Shown here one piece after another: positions 26,621 through 40,174 of a stretch of 64,000 nucleotides of DNA. Source of the stretch: Heptranchias perlo (taxonomy: Eukaryota); assembly GCF_035084215.1 (NCBI RefSeq), contig NC_090352.1:31930001-31994000 (forward strand), read 5' to 3'. A program made the translations under genes and the position numbers. The notes under the pieces are model-generated. The model was given only the letters and a program-made list of their open reading frames with translations, had not been told where the DNA came from and did not search any database. Position 1 is the first letter of the stretch. Each line of letters begins with the position of its first letter.

Positions 26621-27457
26621 TGCTGACTTTTTATTTAGTATTGTAGAACCTGCTAATTCTGAGAGCCCGAATAATAACGTCGTCGTTGAATAAATCGGTG
26701 CCCGGTGCCACCTGGATGTAAATCTACTCCCGTTTCATTCCTCGACTTTAAAGAACAGACTTTTTTTAATACGAGAGTATTTCGTAAGTGTTCTGTATAT
26801 GGTTTATCTTCCATTCCCACTAATTATTTAATCCCGCAGTACACACTTTTGTTAAGTGACAAACTTTGGTAAACATTACCAGTGCATAATTTAAATATAT
26901 TATATATATAAATACACATATGACTAAGGATTTACAATATACGTGCCCCCCGCCGTTCATTTAATTAGTTCCATCATGTTGATTATGAATCATCATTGAT
27001 AAGCTGTTAATGATGCATCAGTGTGATCCAGCTGTTGACTGATGTGTCTTTAACACATTCCATTTCCGTGTAAAGTAATGTAAAAATAAAACCAACGTCA
27101 AACAGCCTCACCATTTAGGAAAAAGAAACTGCAGCATAAAAAATAATTTCTATTCCTTTACACACCAAATGGCACTGGTGCTCTAATCGCTGCAAGTACA
27201 ACGTGTGAAGGAAAGTCAGGCAGTGAATTAAACAGTCATTATCAAATGTAACATTTGGGGCTGCGGTATTAATTGCTTATAAAGGGGGAGATGAACAGGT
27301 AATTTGCATTTCATCCCGTGCATCTTTGGCCGATTAAAAAAAAGGGACAGAGACCCAGTTCCTTCAGGTACTTTTCACAGTTCAGTGTCCCCCCTCTCCC
27401 TCCGAAAAAGAAAAGATCAGACACCAAAATGTGGCAGAGTTCACTCTGCAATAAAGG

Positions 27458-27662
27458 TAAACAATTTTACAACACCAAGTTATAGTCCAGCAATTTTATT
27501 TTAAATTCACAAGCTTTCGGAGATTTCCTCCTTTTGCCTGAGGAAGGAGGAAATCTCCGAAAGCTTGTGAATTTAAAATAAAATTGCTGGACTATAACTT
27601 GGTGTTGTAAAATTGTTTACAATTGTCAACCCCAGTCCATCACCGGCATCTCCACATCATGA
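27458..27662 (+). mobile_element. Penelope-like pseudo-LTR insertion (inverted arms + 3' tail) with 12-bp TSD
   Basis: Perfect 77-bp inverted arms 27457-27533/27544-27620, a ~42-nt tail, and flanking direct repeat CTGCAATAAAGG (27446-27457, 27663-27674). Confidence 0.8.
27533..27571 (+). ncRNA. Minimal type I hammerhead ribozyme motif
   Basis: TTTGC-CTGAGGA-A-GGAG(GAAAT)CTCC-GAAA-GCTT-GTGAA: CUGANGA and GAAA core boxes, stem II, palindromic AAGCTT in place of stem III, stem I with wobble pairs. Confidence 0.68.
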
Positions 27663-28017
27663 CTGCAATAAAGGGACAGCGCTCCTCAAAGGCCACTGGC
27701 TGAAATGACTGATCATTGGCATGTCATTTATCCCGTTTAAAGGCAAACCCCAAAGCACCATATCATTTGCCAATTATTCCCCATTATATTTAATTCATGG
27801 TCCGAACACAACATTTGTCTGGGAGCCAAGTAGGACCCACTCCCAAATTATTGTTTTTAGTGCTTCCTTGGCATAGATTCAAGCTGTTAATGCCTGTGGT
27901 TTCTTGCAACAGCTGCTGGTGTCGCCAGGCGGATGGTATCAAAGCAACTTTCAACAGTGACTGTAAAACTTAAGAGATTACATAGAGAATAATGAATACA
28001 AACCATCACGGTTGTGG

Positions 28018-28700
28018 ATGGAGGCCCTGGAAATAGTCCAGAGGAAGGCCACCAGAATGATATCTAGACTTGGGGGTCTTCCCCCCCCCCCCCCCCCCTT
28101 TAGGATAGGCTCAAAGGAACTTGGTTTTTTTCATTGGAGAAATGTAGACTTCAAACTGATATAATTGAGATTTGTTAAAATAGGAGTGCATTGTGTTCCG
28201 CTGATAGAGTTTAATTGATCTCGATAGCGATGGGAGAACTAGCGGGCATCACTGCAAAGTACAAAAATGTAGGATTAGGTTAGAAGCCAGGAAGTGTTTC
28301 TTTTCACAGGGAATCATCAACCTCTTGAATAGGTTATCAAAACATGCACTAAATATGGATTCCTTGCAACCCTTCAAAGGGGAGCTGGACGAGTTCCTGA
28401 GAGTCAAGGACATCTCAAATTATTGAAGGTAGGTGAAGGGTAGCTGTGATTATTGTTATGAATTACTGCAGTCTCCTGGAGCATGCTTGATTGCCTTTGA
28501 GGGTCAGAGAGGAATTTCCCAGAATTTTTTTCCTCTGCTTTTGCTTCTTCTAAGCGCTTGCATGATGAGTGGTGGTGGTAGTGGGGGTGTTGGTGGTGTA
28601 TGTAGTATGTACCATGTCTGGACGGGACAGGCCCGCTGGACCATGCATGAACCAATTGGCCCTTTCCTGTCCTTTTTTTGTATGTTTGTATGGATTGGGG
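28018..28700 (+). mobile_element. Diverged CR1-group 3' fragment
   Basis: GAGGCCCTGGAAATAGTCCAGAGGAAGGCCACCAGAATGAT (ALEIVQRKATRM) and downstream CR1-like C-terminal remnants. Confidence 0.7.
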
Positions 28701-29737
28701 AGGGTCAGTTGACATCTAATAGGCCAGTTATAATTCATGTGTGTTACCGAAGAGTAGTTTTGGCTTTGCATAGACGTAATTATCACAAAAAGTTGTCCAA
28801 ATCGAATTTAACCAAGTGGTGTGAGACCACCATGGGGAGATGGTCTTGCAATGCTTTGCTTTGTAACCAATGTGAAGCAAGCACAAAAGGTACTTTTACA
28901 TTATAAAACTGCAGCCAACAGCATACACACAGATCTCCTGCAGTCACCTACATATGGAAATATCCAAGGGCAGTCAGAACAAATGTTCTTTCTTGGAGAC
29001 TGTTACAAATTTTGGGTCTACCTTAGATATTCTCTTGGATTTGGCAGCGCTATGCACCCCTGTAGGAAGAGACCGCGTTTCTTACATTTGCAAGTTCAGC
29101 TGTACTGCACAATATCTAATTGTATAATAGTGCAGCCCAATGCTATAACAATAGGATCCCCTTGTGATCTGATCTGGATCAAGTTCTTCGCACGTGCCCT
29201 CATGAGCACTTCTCCAATCTTTCAGCAAGTGAACTGATTCACACTTTAGTGAAACAAAGCCAGATACAGACAGCGAGTACATGTACTGAGTAACAGTTAG
29301 AACAATATCTCACTTACTTCAACTAACTTCAGTTCACTTTTAAGAAAAAAATGCGTTTTCACATAACAAGTAAAGATTGAAAACTAATGTGAAAAATGCA
29401 TCAATGAAATGTATCGAATGCTACTTTTCAAGTAGGCTTTTCATTTCATGAACCATTTGAACAATTTTATGGAAATATATGGGTGACAGAAATGAAAATT
29501 TGGTCCTTGGTTTTTAAAACAGTGGCAATTCATTTTTTTAAAAAATGGAAGCTATGCCTTCAACAACAACATAATCTTGCATTTATGTAGCGCCTTTACA
29601 TAGTGAAATATCCCAAGGCATGACAACACGGCCGTTGATATTGTCTCAGCCTCAGGATCAAGGCTTTGATTAGAAATCAATGCAGTAAAGGTACCTTGAA
29701 CCAGGGTGGGAATTGAGCATTTTGAAATGCCCAACCT

Positions 29738-29782
29738 AGGTGCTGTATATTTACTGACCTCACCAGTAAATATACAGCACCT
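29738..29782. repeat. Perfect 19-bp inverted repeat, 7-nt loop
   Basis: AGGTGCTGTATATTTACTG-ACCTCAC-CAGTAAATATACAGCACCT. Confidence 0.95.
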
Positions 29783-32700
29783 TTATATTTAATACTGTCC
29801 TCCACGTGGCCATCGTATTGACTTTGCGTTTAAAGATTATAAGTAATGATGCATTGTTCAGCCAATCACCCCCTGTTTGACCGGCTGAATTTCAAAGCTG
29901 GTTCTTCAAAATAATTATTAGTACAACAAAACAGGGTAGTTCATGTTTTGAATAGTTCAGTCATCTGTCCACGAAGCACATGGATATACCAAACGCCTTA
30001 AAATAGTGCTTCCGCAATTCCTTCGAAAACTGTCCTGTTTTTGCTGAGGAACAAGATTGCATACTTCTTTCTAAGAAGCCTTTCATCTCAAGTTTCATAA
30101 GACCTAAAGAGAGACTGGTTGGTTTTCTTGTTTCGTTAACTTTTGCAAACTGTCTCCAAATTTTTAATACCATATCGTGATGTTTAATACCTCACCAGTA
30201 TTGGCTTGCTTCTTCCACTTACAAATAAATCAGGTTAGATTCGTCTACGAGTAGTGTCTTGTGTGGCTAATAGGTCTTCTGATGTGACGGTAGAATCTTA
30301 CAATTTATCCATTAATAATTTTACTGTAAAAGGGTAGATTTAGCCCTGAGGCATAATACTCCAGTTCACCTCAAACTAAAATTGTCGATTGTAGCTTATG
30401 GGTACTTCAAACTATAATGTATGCCGAAATAATGAAATTGAAAAGCAACTGGACTCATTTTTTGATGCTGTATTGTCTATGTACTTGTATCATCTGGTTT
30501 CAATGCAATTAATTCAAATGTTTACATGGTGATCACCGGTTCTCAGTTGAGATTATTAAATGTATTTTTCCCCAAAGTTTCCAACAGCAGACCTTTTAGG
30601 AAATGAATGACAAAATTATTTTCAAAAGGAATAGCACTTCTACTGCGTTCTCCTCTAAATAATGGACAACTCCATGCTGTGACCCAAGAGCGGTAAATAC
30701 AGTTTCATGCTTTAATCCCTCACATGGTGAATACCTTATCTCAACTGTTTTATCAGAAGTGTGCCGAGTAGATTTTAGGCATTGCCTCACAGTGGGCGAG
30801 GGGAAGAAACAAATCCGAGAACAAAGGAAGTTGGGAAAAAGCAAGTCAGTTCAGCCAGCTCATGTGCACCTTCTGGTGGCTAAATATTGAATAGCTATAG
30901 CCTTGAACAAATCATGTGCACACACTAATTATAGCTGTCTTCTTGTATTCGCTAAATATTTTATGGCAGTAAGTTCCTTCATGATATAAACAGCGTTCAT
31001 ACATTGGCATCGTTAGTATTTGGGGCACTGTTAGTAACGTTGTTCCACCTTCAAAAATTTTAAAGATAGTGAAATTATTTGTTACAGACTGGACAAATAT
31101 TCTCCAGGTTCTAGTCTACACCAACTGCCGAAAGATGTTTTCATCTTCTTCTAAGACTTTGGGGTAAACTTTACAAAGCTGAGAAGTTATTCAATCTACT
31201 AGATTGGTTTGCAATTATTTTTAATTTACTGAATTTCAAGAGTGGAGTGGAAAATATGGTGAAACAGTTGTCTCTAGGAAGAAATGTTATGGCACATAAT
31301 TATATGGCATTTTAGTTACCACATACTCAAAAATTGAAGATTTTATTCTCACACCTCAAGTATTGAGCAGGTATTGATTTTAAAAAACTCACCCAACTCA
31401 ACAGCCTTTCACTCTGAAGTAATCTTGCCCTTTTTGAAACTAATACAGTAAAAAAAAAGCTAATGCCATTCATAGCAGACTGCAAGATCATCAACTGATC
31501 AGTAGAGGGCAAGGTCAAATTTTCAGACATTACAATCCTGGAATAAAAACAAAACTTTTCAAGAAAGGCTGATGCACTATAGAATCAGTAAAGCCTGGAA
31601 ACCTTTGTATTCTTGCCCCATTGCTCCAATTTTTGTCAATGATACAGAAATGCAGTTCCACAATTCAAATGCATATGCAGTAAAGGCCTTGGGGAAAAAA
31701 AAATAGTAAATTCCTGAACTGCAGGGGAACAGAGTGACAGGGCTCCTGGACCAGTGTCTTCTCCAGTTGCCATGTGTCCTTAATGATATGAGCTTGAGCA
31801 GTCTCAAGCTAGTTCCTAGCATTTTGCAGGTTCCAAGCATAAGGATAATTCAGGATAGACGATCAAATTCCTACTCTCCCAAAGGTTATAAAGCATACTT
31901 GGAAGAAGTGAACAAAATATTTACACTGGTGGAGGACGGTCATCTGAAGTTGTGGCTAATACATAATTGGCTGCCCGCCAGTCGGTAGCATTGCACTTGC
32001 CCATAGACTTTTCATGGGCTTTTGCACGGCCAGTTCCTCTCGTAGGGCTCTCAATCCAGCACGGCGCCCTCTCCCGGGCATCTGGGACCTGTGTGAACGG
32101 GGCAAGCAACTGTCTATTCCCTTCACCAATCAGATTGAAGCATGTTAATAAGCCAGGCAGAGTCAGAGCCAGGAATAGTAAATTCAATGTCAAATCAGGA
32201 CAGAAAGCAAAATAAAGAGGGTAAGAAATATTGAATTAGAATTAAGAGACAAAGAAAAAGTTTTTAAAAAATGTCCAATTAAAATCTGAAGGAATGAGAC
32301 AACATACTTGTAAATTTTCAGTGCCGAAGAGGTTGTTTGGCAGTCATTAATACTTACAACGCCATTAAAAGTTTGCTTAGACTTAAAACCTGACGTACCT
32401 TTTTTTGGCGAGATTACTTTGTTTCCATCAGGGCAGTAGAGGAACTTCACACTGTTGCATTCATTTTAACAGTGAGTCAGCTGGCGAGATGCAGTTCTCA
32501 CAAAGCTTATGGAGGGAGCAGGGCATCTAGTAGAGGAAGTTCTGGATTTCCACGTTTAGCAGCGCATGTGCGGTCGCCAGTAGTTGCTGTAACAGATGCA
32601 CTGAAATAATGTTGAGCCCTGTTAGCCTCGCTGTTATTTTCAGAGCAAAATCCAGCCCAATGTTGGAGCAGAAATGAAGGAGCATCTGACGGTCCTAAAG

Positions 32701-32919
32701 CTGACTGCAATGCTCAGTGCTGTCACTAGATGCCTAAACACAGCATTAGCATCCCTTGCCATGAATGAAAATATATAATTTAACACACCCTTGCAGATCA
32801 AAGATGATTTTGCTGTTTTTATTTCACCTGATCCTGAATTAAACTGTTAACTGCAGTGTCGAACTGTTGAAATATACAGGAAACAGATTATCTACCATCG
32901 TGTGGTAAAAACAGTCCAT

Positions 32920-35900
32920 GCATAACAGTAACCATCAGATTTTATTTTAAGGTTAGTAAACACTTCATAACAATATTTTTTAATACAGTATTTAAAAAGG
33001 GGCAATGCTCCATTTTAAACAGGCTACACCTCTAGAAAGTCATTCCTTATAAGTAGTGCTACGTCAGTTTATTTTAAATGTGTGCTATACAACAACATTG
33101 TGAGGAAAAAAAAATCCATCACAGTGTTAAGAATTCTGAGCAATTTGGTTTAGATAGTGGTTTTGCAGGTGAATATTCCATCGTTAGTTAACACCAAGTG
33201 TTTCAGCAACCAGAGTTAAACCAACCATTTCACAGCTTAATTGCAAAATTTGATGTTACAACAGCATCCACAGTTGTAAGTAGAAACCTCAATCACGGCA
33301 ATATATATGTGTTTTTTGTAGTTTTTACACAATGTGGTTAATGAATAAAAAATGATTTGGAAATCTATCTTTGATCTCAGATCATAAGTCGACACATCTA
33401 TATTTATTGTGATCAATTTGTGGAAAATACTTGATATTCAGCTGAAATTCAACAGTATTATTTGAACAAAAAAGATTTTTTCCCTTTGCACATCTGCATC
33501 CATTTTACCCCTCATGCCAATCTTTGGTGTAGTCCCATTAAAGTACTATAGAATTGGTGTTTAGTTTAACAATGTGTACCTTCAGGCTTGATTGTGCAAA
33601 GTTAAGACATTTCACCTCCTGCAGCAGTAAACTGCAGACTTTAGAGATCAATTAAATGTTTTGAGGATCTGGGCTCACTTATTAGACTTTGACACAACTA
33701 CCTCCTTTCTACATTTTGATCAGCAAAAGACCAAAATATAAACTTATGAAACCAATTTATAGAAATACAGATGATAACACCAAACCACTTAATATTGAAG
33801 CAGAGGAAAAATCACCCTTCCTAAAGATTGTATGTCGATGAAACACCCCATCACATAGATCAGAACTCAGATTTATTTACAATTGTGATGGTAAAAGGAT
33901 GGTGGTCAAGACATTTAGAAGGTGGTTTGGCACATGTGCCATTCTAGCATTTTTGAGATGATTCTTTTAATTTAAATTGCTTGTGTGAGAGCAGCTAAAA
34001 GAGAAACACCTACACCGTTGGAAATTACAAACCACTGTGGCTCCTGGACAGGACCAGCATTTGTTGAAATGAGTGACTTACTAAGCACGTGGATTACCTA
34101 GGAAAGAGTCAACACACAATTCATCACATATGGAGACTGGCCCACACACAGCCTTAAATATAAAATTATAGCTGTTCAAACAGTATTGAGATGACACTAG
34201 CCTAGAAATTCCAACACGCTGTCCCCATTTTACAGTCGTAAAATGGGCCTGAGGATTAGGGCTGGTCAGTAGGCCTCCAGGGCTTGCGCCGAAAACTGGC
34301 GTTAGGCCCATTGCATGTTATTCGGGGGCCAATGCCTGTTTCGGGCCAGTGTAAAATTGGCTCGCGACTGAACGCAGCATATACCATACAAGCTGTGGTC
34401 AGTTTTTTCAGGCACTCAACAGCCAAACCAGCAGCCCTTAAAAAGGGACCGCTGGAGGCTGCCTCCCAAAGGGCAAGTGTCACATTTTTTAAAAAACATA
34501 CCTTATTGTAGAGCCAGGCGGAGCAGGAGTGCTCCTTCCATTCCACATTAAAACCATGGGCCATTGCCGGCCATCTCTCGCACCCCGTGCTCCCCCCCAC
34601 CCCCCAAGATTCTCTCAAGGCCATTGACTGGTGTCTATGCCAGCTGATCTTGCTATCTCCTCTGCCATCAGTGAACTGCCTCTGAAGCTGTAGTGGCACC
34701 CACAGCTCGCCAGTACTATCCTAATAAGGCTGGCAGACCAGTTTACAGTGGTCCTGGCCCCCCCCTCCCCCAGACACTTCCTGGTGGAGAAGAAAGCAAC
34801 ACTGGAAGGGAGAGATGGAGGAGGGGAGAAGTCGCCTTGCTCATCTGGAGAGAAAAGGAGTTTGACTCCAAATTTAGTGTGCAGGCTTGCTCCTTAATTT
34901 CTCATCAGCTGGGACTTCTTCAGAACTGGTCAAAGCTGCTCAATAGATAGCCAGTAGATGTTGTGATGCAGGGTAGGGTAGGGAGGGGGAAGCAAATAAA
35001 AAGGATGAATTATGTTAGTTATTTCACCCCTGACCTGAAGACAGCCATGGTGCAAGACAGGATTCCATTAGACACTTTCAGTAACAGGCAGCTCTCAAAT
35101 ATCAACCCACAAAACCTCTGGTTGAAAGTCAAACCCTCAATCATTCAAGCTACTCGCACACGTTATTTAAATACAATTTAAAAAGATGAATAACGTTAAG
35201 TTACGTTTGTAAAACAAATTGTAGGTCAGTTTCAAGCAAGTATTAGGCATGTCACTATTTTGACCTAAACAGTGCACAATAGTGTCAAGTATCCCATCCC
35301 AGGTGCACACTCGCAAAGACAAACAATGGGCACACAAATACAAAAATAGAAAATTATACATTTTGGTCCAGTCAAGATAATTTTCACCTGCAAATTTGAG
35401 TTTCGATTATTTTAAAGGGAGAAGAAAATATGAATCATCATCCCATCCTGCCACTGCTGCACCATTAAAAAAAACCCTCAGCAGATTCCATTAAAAACAC
35501 ACCACTTACAATGAGAACCAAATGTAACATATTGTACAGGAGTTGGGAACAGAGGTTCAGTAAGACTTGTAACAAAGGTGGGATGTAGGATTGATTATGA
35601 ACTGTCCTCAGTCCCAAATGTTGTACACCACCAATTTATGATTTACTATGTTAGCTGTCTGGAATCCCAAGGTGCAGAGGTAATTGACTTGGAAGGATAC
35701 TTTTGGGAGGGAAGGGGTAATGGAATGAAAACTGCACCCCCCCCCGCCCCGTTCTCTCTCCTCCACCCAAAAAATTAATCATTTTAGAATACAGAAATGC
35801 ATGACTAAGAATACGCTGATGGTCTGATAGGTGTAAAGTAAGGCACCCTCAATGGCTCAGGAAGTAAATGCACTATGTGGTATGATATTGACCCATGCAG

Positions 35901-36541
35901 AACAGGAAGGGGAGCAAAACTAGTATGAAATTAGCAGACACTCAGGCTTAGACACACGTTTGGACTTCTCTATTGTGATGTTTGAGGGTAGAATCCCTTT
36001 ATTTACCCCCCAGAGCTATAAGGTTAACAGTGGTAAAAAGGGCAGGAGGGGTACTTGATTCCAAGCCTCCATGTTCGGAGCCAGAAGACATGCAGCAACA
36101 ATCTGGGAATGACTCACTCTGATTGTCCCCCTCACTCTGTGGGAGATGCCTGGTCACAGCAGAATGTCAATTCAATAGCATTGGCATTGAACTTCATCCC
36201 CACCGCCACAGGCAAGCAACAAGTTGCATCAAATTGGATTTCAGATTTCTGAAACCATGCTATAAATCAGTAGCAAGATCATCTATAATGGAGCCAAGGC
36301 AAATTCATACAACTTTTGACAAGTATTTCAGCTCTACTTATAAGGCTTTTTTTTTCAGAAGACTGAAAAATCAACATTATAACAAGTTAAAGAAAATTAA
36401 ACTCAAAAGCACACAGGTTCATTTCTAAAGTCAGTCAGCTGTCTTCATATTCCAGGATAATACGTATGTTGGTGACCATTAGTAGATAAAAAGTTTTTAA
36501 AAATGTAAATACTGTCACATCTAACAACCTGGTTACAGTTT
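32920..36541 (-). other. TNFAIP1: Probable long TNFAIP1 3'UTR
   Basis: Follows the stop codon; distal part is AT-rich with minus-strand AATAAA at ~33403 and ~32941. The true end is not determinable. Confidence 0.35.
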
Positions 36542-36778
36542 TTAGTCTCTGTAGGCAGGCTGGTGTCCAAGAGGTCTGTCATCATAGGAGCTGTATCTTT
36601 TCACGTGTATTCTACGTACACGATCTCTAACTTCCAATGCCTCTTCATCTTCGCTGTGCGCTCCCTGACCAGATGTTCGACTGGTAGCCTCCAATAGTAA
36701 GTTATCGGGTACGCGTGGCGTTTCATAAAGCAAGACGTTCAACGTCTCTTCATAAATTCGTGCTTCTGGAAATTCAAC
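36542..36778 (-). CDS. TNFAIP1: TNFAIP1 last coding exon
   Basis: [52 protein letters not shown]. The six exons sum to 960 nt (319 aa + stop). The PCNA-binding QTKVEFP motif spans the last junction. Confidence 0.96.
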   Translation of the reverse strand, partial: VEFPEARIYEETLNVLLYETPRVPDNLLLEATSRTSGQGAHSEDEEALEVRDRVRRIHVKRYSSYDDRPLGHQPAYRD

Positions 36779-37425
36779 CTGTACAGTTAAAGAAAAATTA
36801 GATAACAATTAAAGCGAATTTGGCACATTTTCACATATATAAATTTCCTTTCATGCCTGAGTAACAGGACAAGACACCCCAAACTCATCTTATTCAGGAC
36901 TCTCAGTCAGTGGAGAGGAGTCTTTCATCTCATCAGTTAGTCCTGGAGTTGAACCTAGGTCTCAGAGGTAAAGGACATTCCTTGAATGCTTTGCAACACC
37001 TAGATCCTTTAAATTTCTCTACAAGGTATGCCAAACCCAAGACAAATTTTTAAGACAGACAAGAGGAAGATTGAATTCCTGCTCCCAAGTCTTGCAATAC
37101 CACTGTTAGGCCAGTCACTTGGAGATGTGCAAGAGTGCCCTCTAAAGTAATTCACTGTTATTTACTCTCTCTCCCCCTCCCTCCAGGGTAAGAAGCATGG
37201 TCACAACAGAATGTCAACTCAATGGAAAGAAGTCCTTTGGCCTCCATCCTGGATAAGAGAGAGGACTTGCCAAATCATGGCACATCACATTTGGAATACC
37301 ACTGAACGTAGCTTGAAGTAACTTTGCATCTGAAGACCAGGCACAGAACAATTCTTCATCAAGTATTGCTAAAGATACACTTTTACTGTATCAGTTTATT
37401 TATATAGAGGTCATCTTTCATGTAC

Positions 37426-37621
37426 CTTGGTTTGTTTCTTTTCTGTTGCATACACAATTGAAGTACAGCAAACTTCAGCAAGCTTGCGGCCCTGCCCATA
37501 AAATGACCAGCAGCAGATCTCATCTCCCAAGACGTCCTTCATAAAAAGCACTCTTCCATTAAATCGCAGGGACAGCTTGTCGAACAGTTCAATGTTCTTC
37601 AACAAATTGTCATCAGAGTTG
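37426..37621 (-). CDS. TNFAIP1: TNFAIP1 coding exon 5
   Basis: [42 protein letters not shown]; 196 nt. Confidence 0.96.
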
Positions 37622-40174
37622 CTGAGAAAACAAAACAACCTGTATTAAATAACTGCTGTTAGCGACAGTGCAGAAACACTGATGCAGTTGTGGGAAGGAT
37701 TTTGTTACAACAGGCATTTCAAGATATTTGAAGGCTTGCTTGGAGACTACTTTAACAATAACCCAAGCAAGTCTATTTTTGCAGCCTTTCAGTATAAAGC
37801 TAAACCATTTCTTCTCACATGAATAAAGTTTAAATCTTGAATTTGGTTTTGTTAAAAAATAGAATGGACAAACCATATAAAATTGACTATGTACATGATT
37901 TATAATCTAACCTAAACTTCTATGCATTTAGTTTTAGAGACTGAAATATTGGGACTTTTCAAAATGCAGTTGCATCCTAGGCTGGGAGAGTTCGGATACA
38001 ATAATAGGCTGTGCAAGACTTGTGGGTTGCTTAGGTGCACACCATGGAGTCTCTTGAGCCGCGTATAAAGTTTAAATCAATATTCCAATCAGCCTGCATA
38101 TATCTTAAGCTGAGGATACAAACAGATCTTGGTGTTCTGATTTAGGATTTAATCACCAATGAGGCAATAGCACTAAGAACAGTCCTTCCCAAACCTCCAA
38201 GCCCACAAGATTCAAACAGAAAAGAGCAAAAAGTAATATAAATTACATGGGCTTACAAACTGCATGTGGCCTACAGGCCATAGTTTGTGGACACCCTTCT
38301 ACTAAAGGGAATGGTTCTTTCTCATCCAACTTTATGTTTCTTTCATACAAGAAAAAGGAAGCTATGACTATGGTACAGTTCTTTGACTGTAACAATAAGA
38401 GACTAGCACATGCACTAAGTCATATTTGCGTTCATTCTTATTTTGATGTTTGCTCCCATGGAAGAGAACTGGCACTTGACACAGTGGGACTGTGACCTTG
38501 GATTGTCAGATCATATGAGCCCACACGATTTAAAAAAATTACTAGAAACAAAAAATTTGCCCACATCTTGATATAAAAAGGTACATAACATTTATACAAC
38601 TCATAAGCCTGACTCGACTTAAGGCACTTGCTGAAGGTGAGGGGAGTCAGGTCCATTCCTTGTTTAAATACAAGGTTACATCAGGAAAATACAGCATCAT
38701 CACATCAGGACCAGTTTACTGTTCCCCATTTAATGAATACAGGGCAGGTTTTGGCCAAGTCAGTAAATTTACTAATCTTCTCTATCATTCCAATTTTAGT
38801 ACATGTGCTGGGCTTTAACAGAACTTTTTCTTTACCTGAACAACCTGCACTCTGCTCCAATGTACACATGTAGTATTTAACATTATTAATTGGCACATTA
38901 CCAAATTAAGTCAGGAGTGGATTTAGCTTTTTGGAAATCTTATGTGAAAGGTGGCCCTTGCAGGTGGGTTTGTATAGAGTTGGGGGGGGGGGGGGGAATT
39001 TAGAGTGGGAATTGGGGAGTGGGGGGAACAAACAGTTTCCACAAGGAGATCAAATCTCCTACAGCTGAAACTGCACCCATGTGTGCCTTAGATGGACAGC
39101 GTGCCATTGGACTAAATTACTCCTTAAAATGATTGTATAAGACACCAGAGACAATGTTGGATGCTTATATGTTCTCATGTCTACTCTAAGGTGGTAAATA
39201 CCACACTTGTCAGATCATTACATTCAATTGAAAACAAAGTCACATTTTATTTATAAGCTTTAATTACGCAGCAGCAGAAAGACACACCAAGGAACTAGAA
39301 CACTTGACTTACACAATACACAAACTGTTCCAAAACAAAAGACAGCCACATCGTTTTTTTCAATTGCTTTCAACTGACTGATGGGTGTTATATGGTAGAC
39401 TCACCCTACAGAGCTACCTTGTGATGGACTGGAGATTGGTCACATTTAAAATACTTTGTTTTGAGAATTCATAGTTTAACAGTATTATGACTAGCTTAAA
39501 ACGTCTCCTTTACTTTCTGGAAGCTCTCTGGGTGAAATGGACACATTCCTTGCTTTATACTTCAAAAGGGAATGAGTCATCTCTGGTAAGGTGGACTGTT
39601 TAACAAGTTTCACAGACAACCGCTATAAAAAACAGTTGGTGGCCCATGGAGGGGAGTGTGGGGGCGGAGGAGGGTAACAAAGCAAGGGCAATCACTGTCA
39701 GAGATGCCTTGCTTCACAGGTCCAAGCTTTATATCAGGCATGTTATGTCTTCGAACTCAAATTTTGATTGACAGCTTTTATTGTCAAAGATAACTGAAAT
39801 ATGAGAATATCAAAAGGTAAGATTTCAAAATAGAGAGGGGATATAATGGTTACCCTGTACCTAGGCTCTCCAGTGAATCTCTACTTCAGGCAGATGACCA
39901 GTGATGTATGAAAATATCCAATTTCACATATAAACTTCACATCATGGATGTGGGTTCACTCTAAGTTCTGAGGTGTAGGAGAATTTCTAAACATTTTATT
40001 GTTTTGGGAACTGTTGCATGGTTTCTGTTGGCTGGTAAAGAACAGCACTGATAGCAAGTCAATGTGGAGCGGGGTGGATAGAGAAGCAGCCGGTTAAGCG
40101 TTTGCTGAACAGCTGCTCTGCCCCCTTTCCAAGTTGTTAGAATTTAATGATCTCAAGCAGTAAACCTCAATGAG

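Noticed and set aside
27457-27620. miRNA gene or rho-independent terminator
   Set aside because: TSD, tail and dispersed homologues at 57.57 and 59.8 kb show retroelement origin.
32010-34730. GC-richer patches (32010-32660, 34200-34730) as exons
   Set aside because: No coherent protein similarity; the ends (AAAATCCAGCCC, GCCTAGAAATTCC) resemble Harbinger-type TIRs, but pairs could not be delimited.
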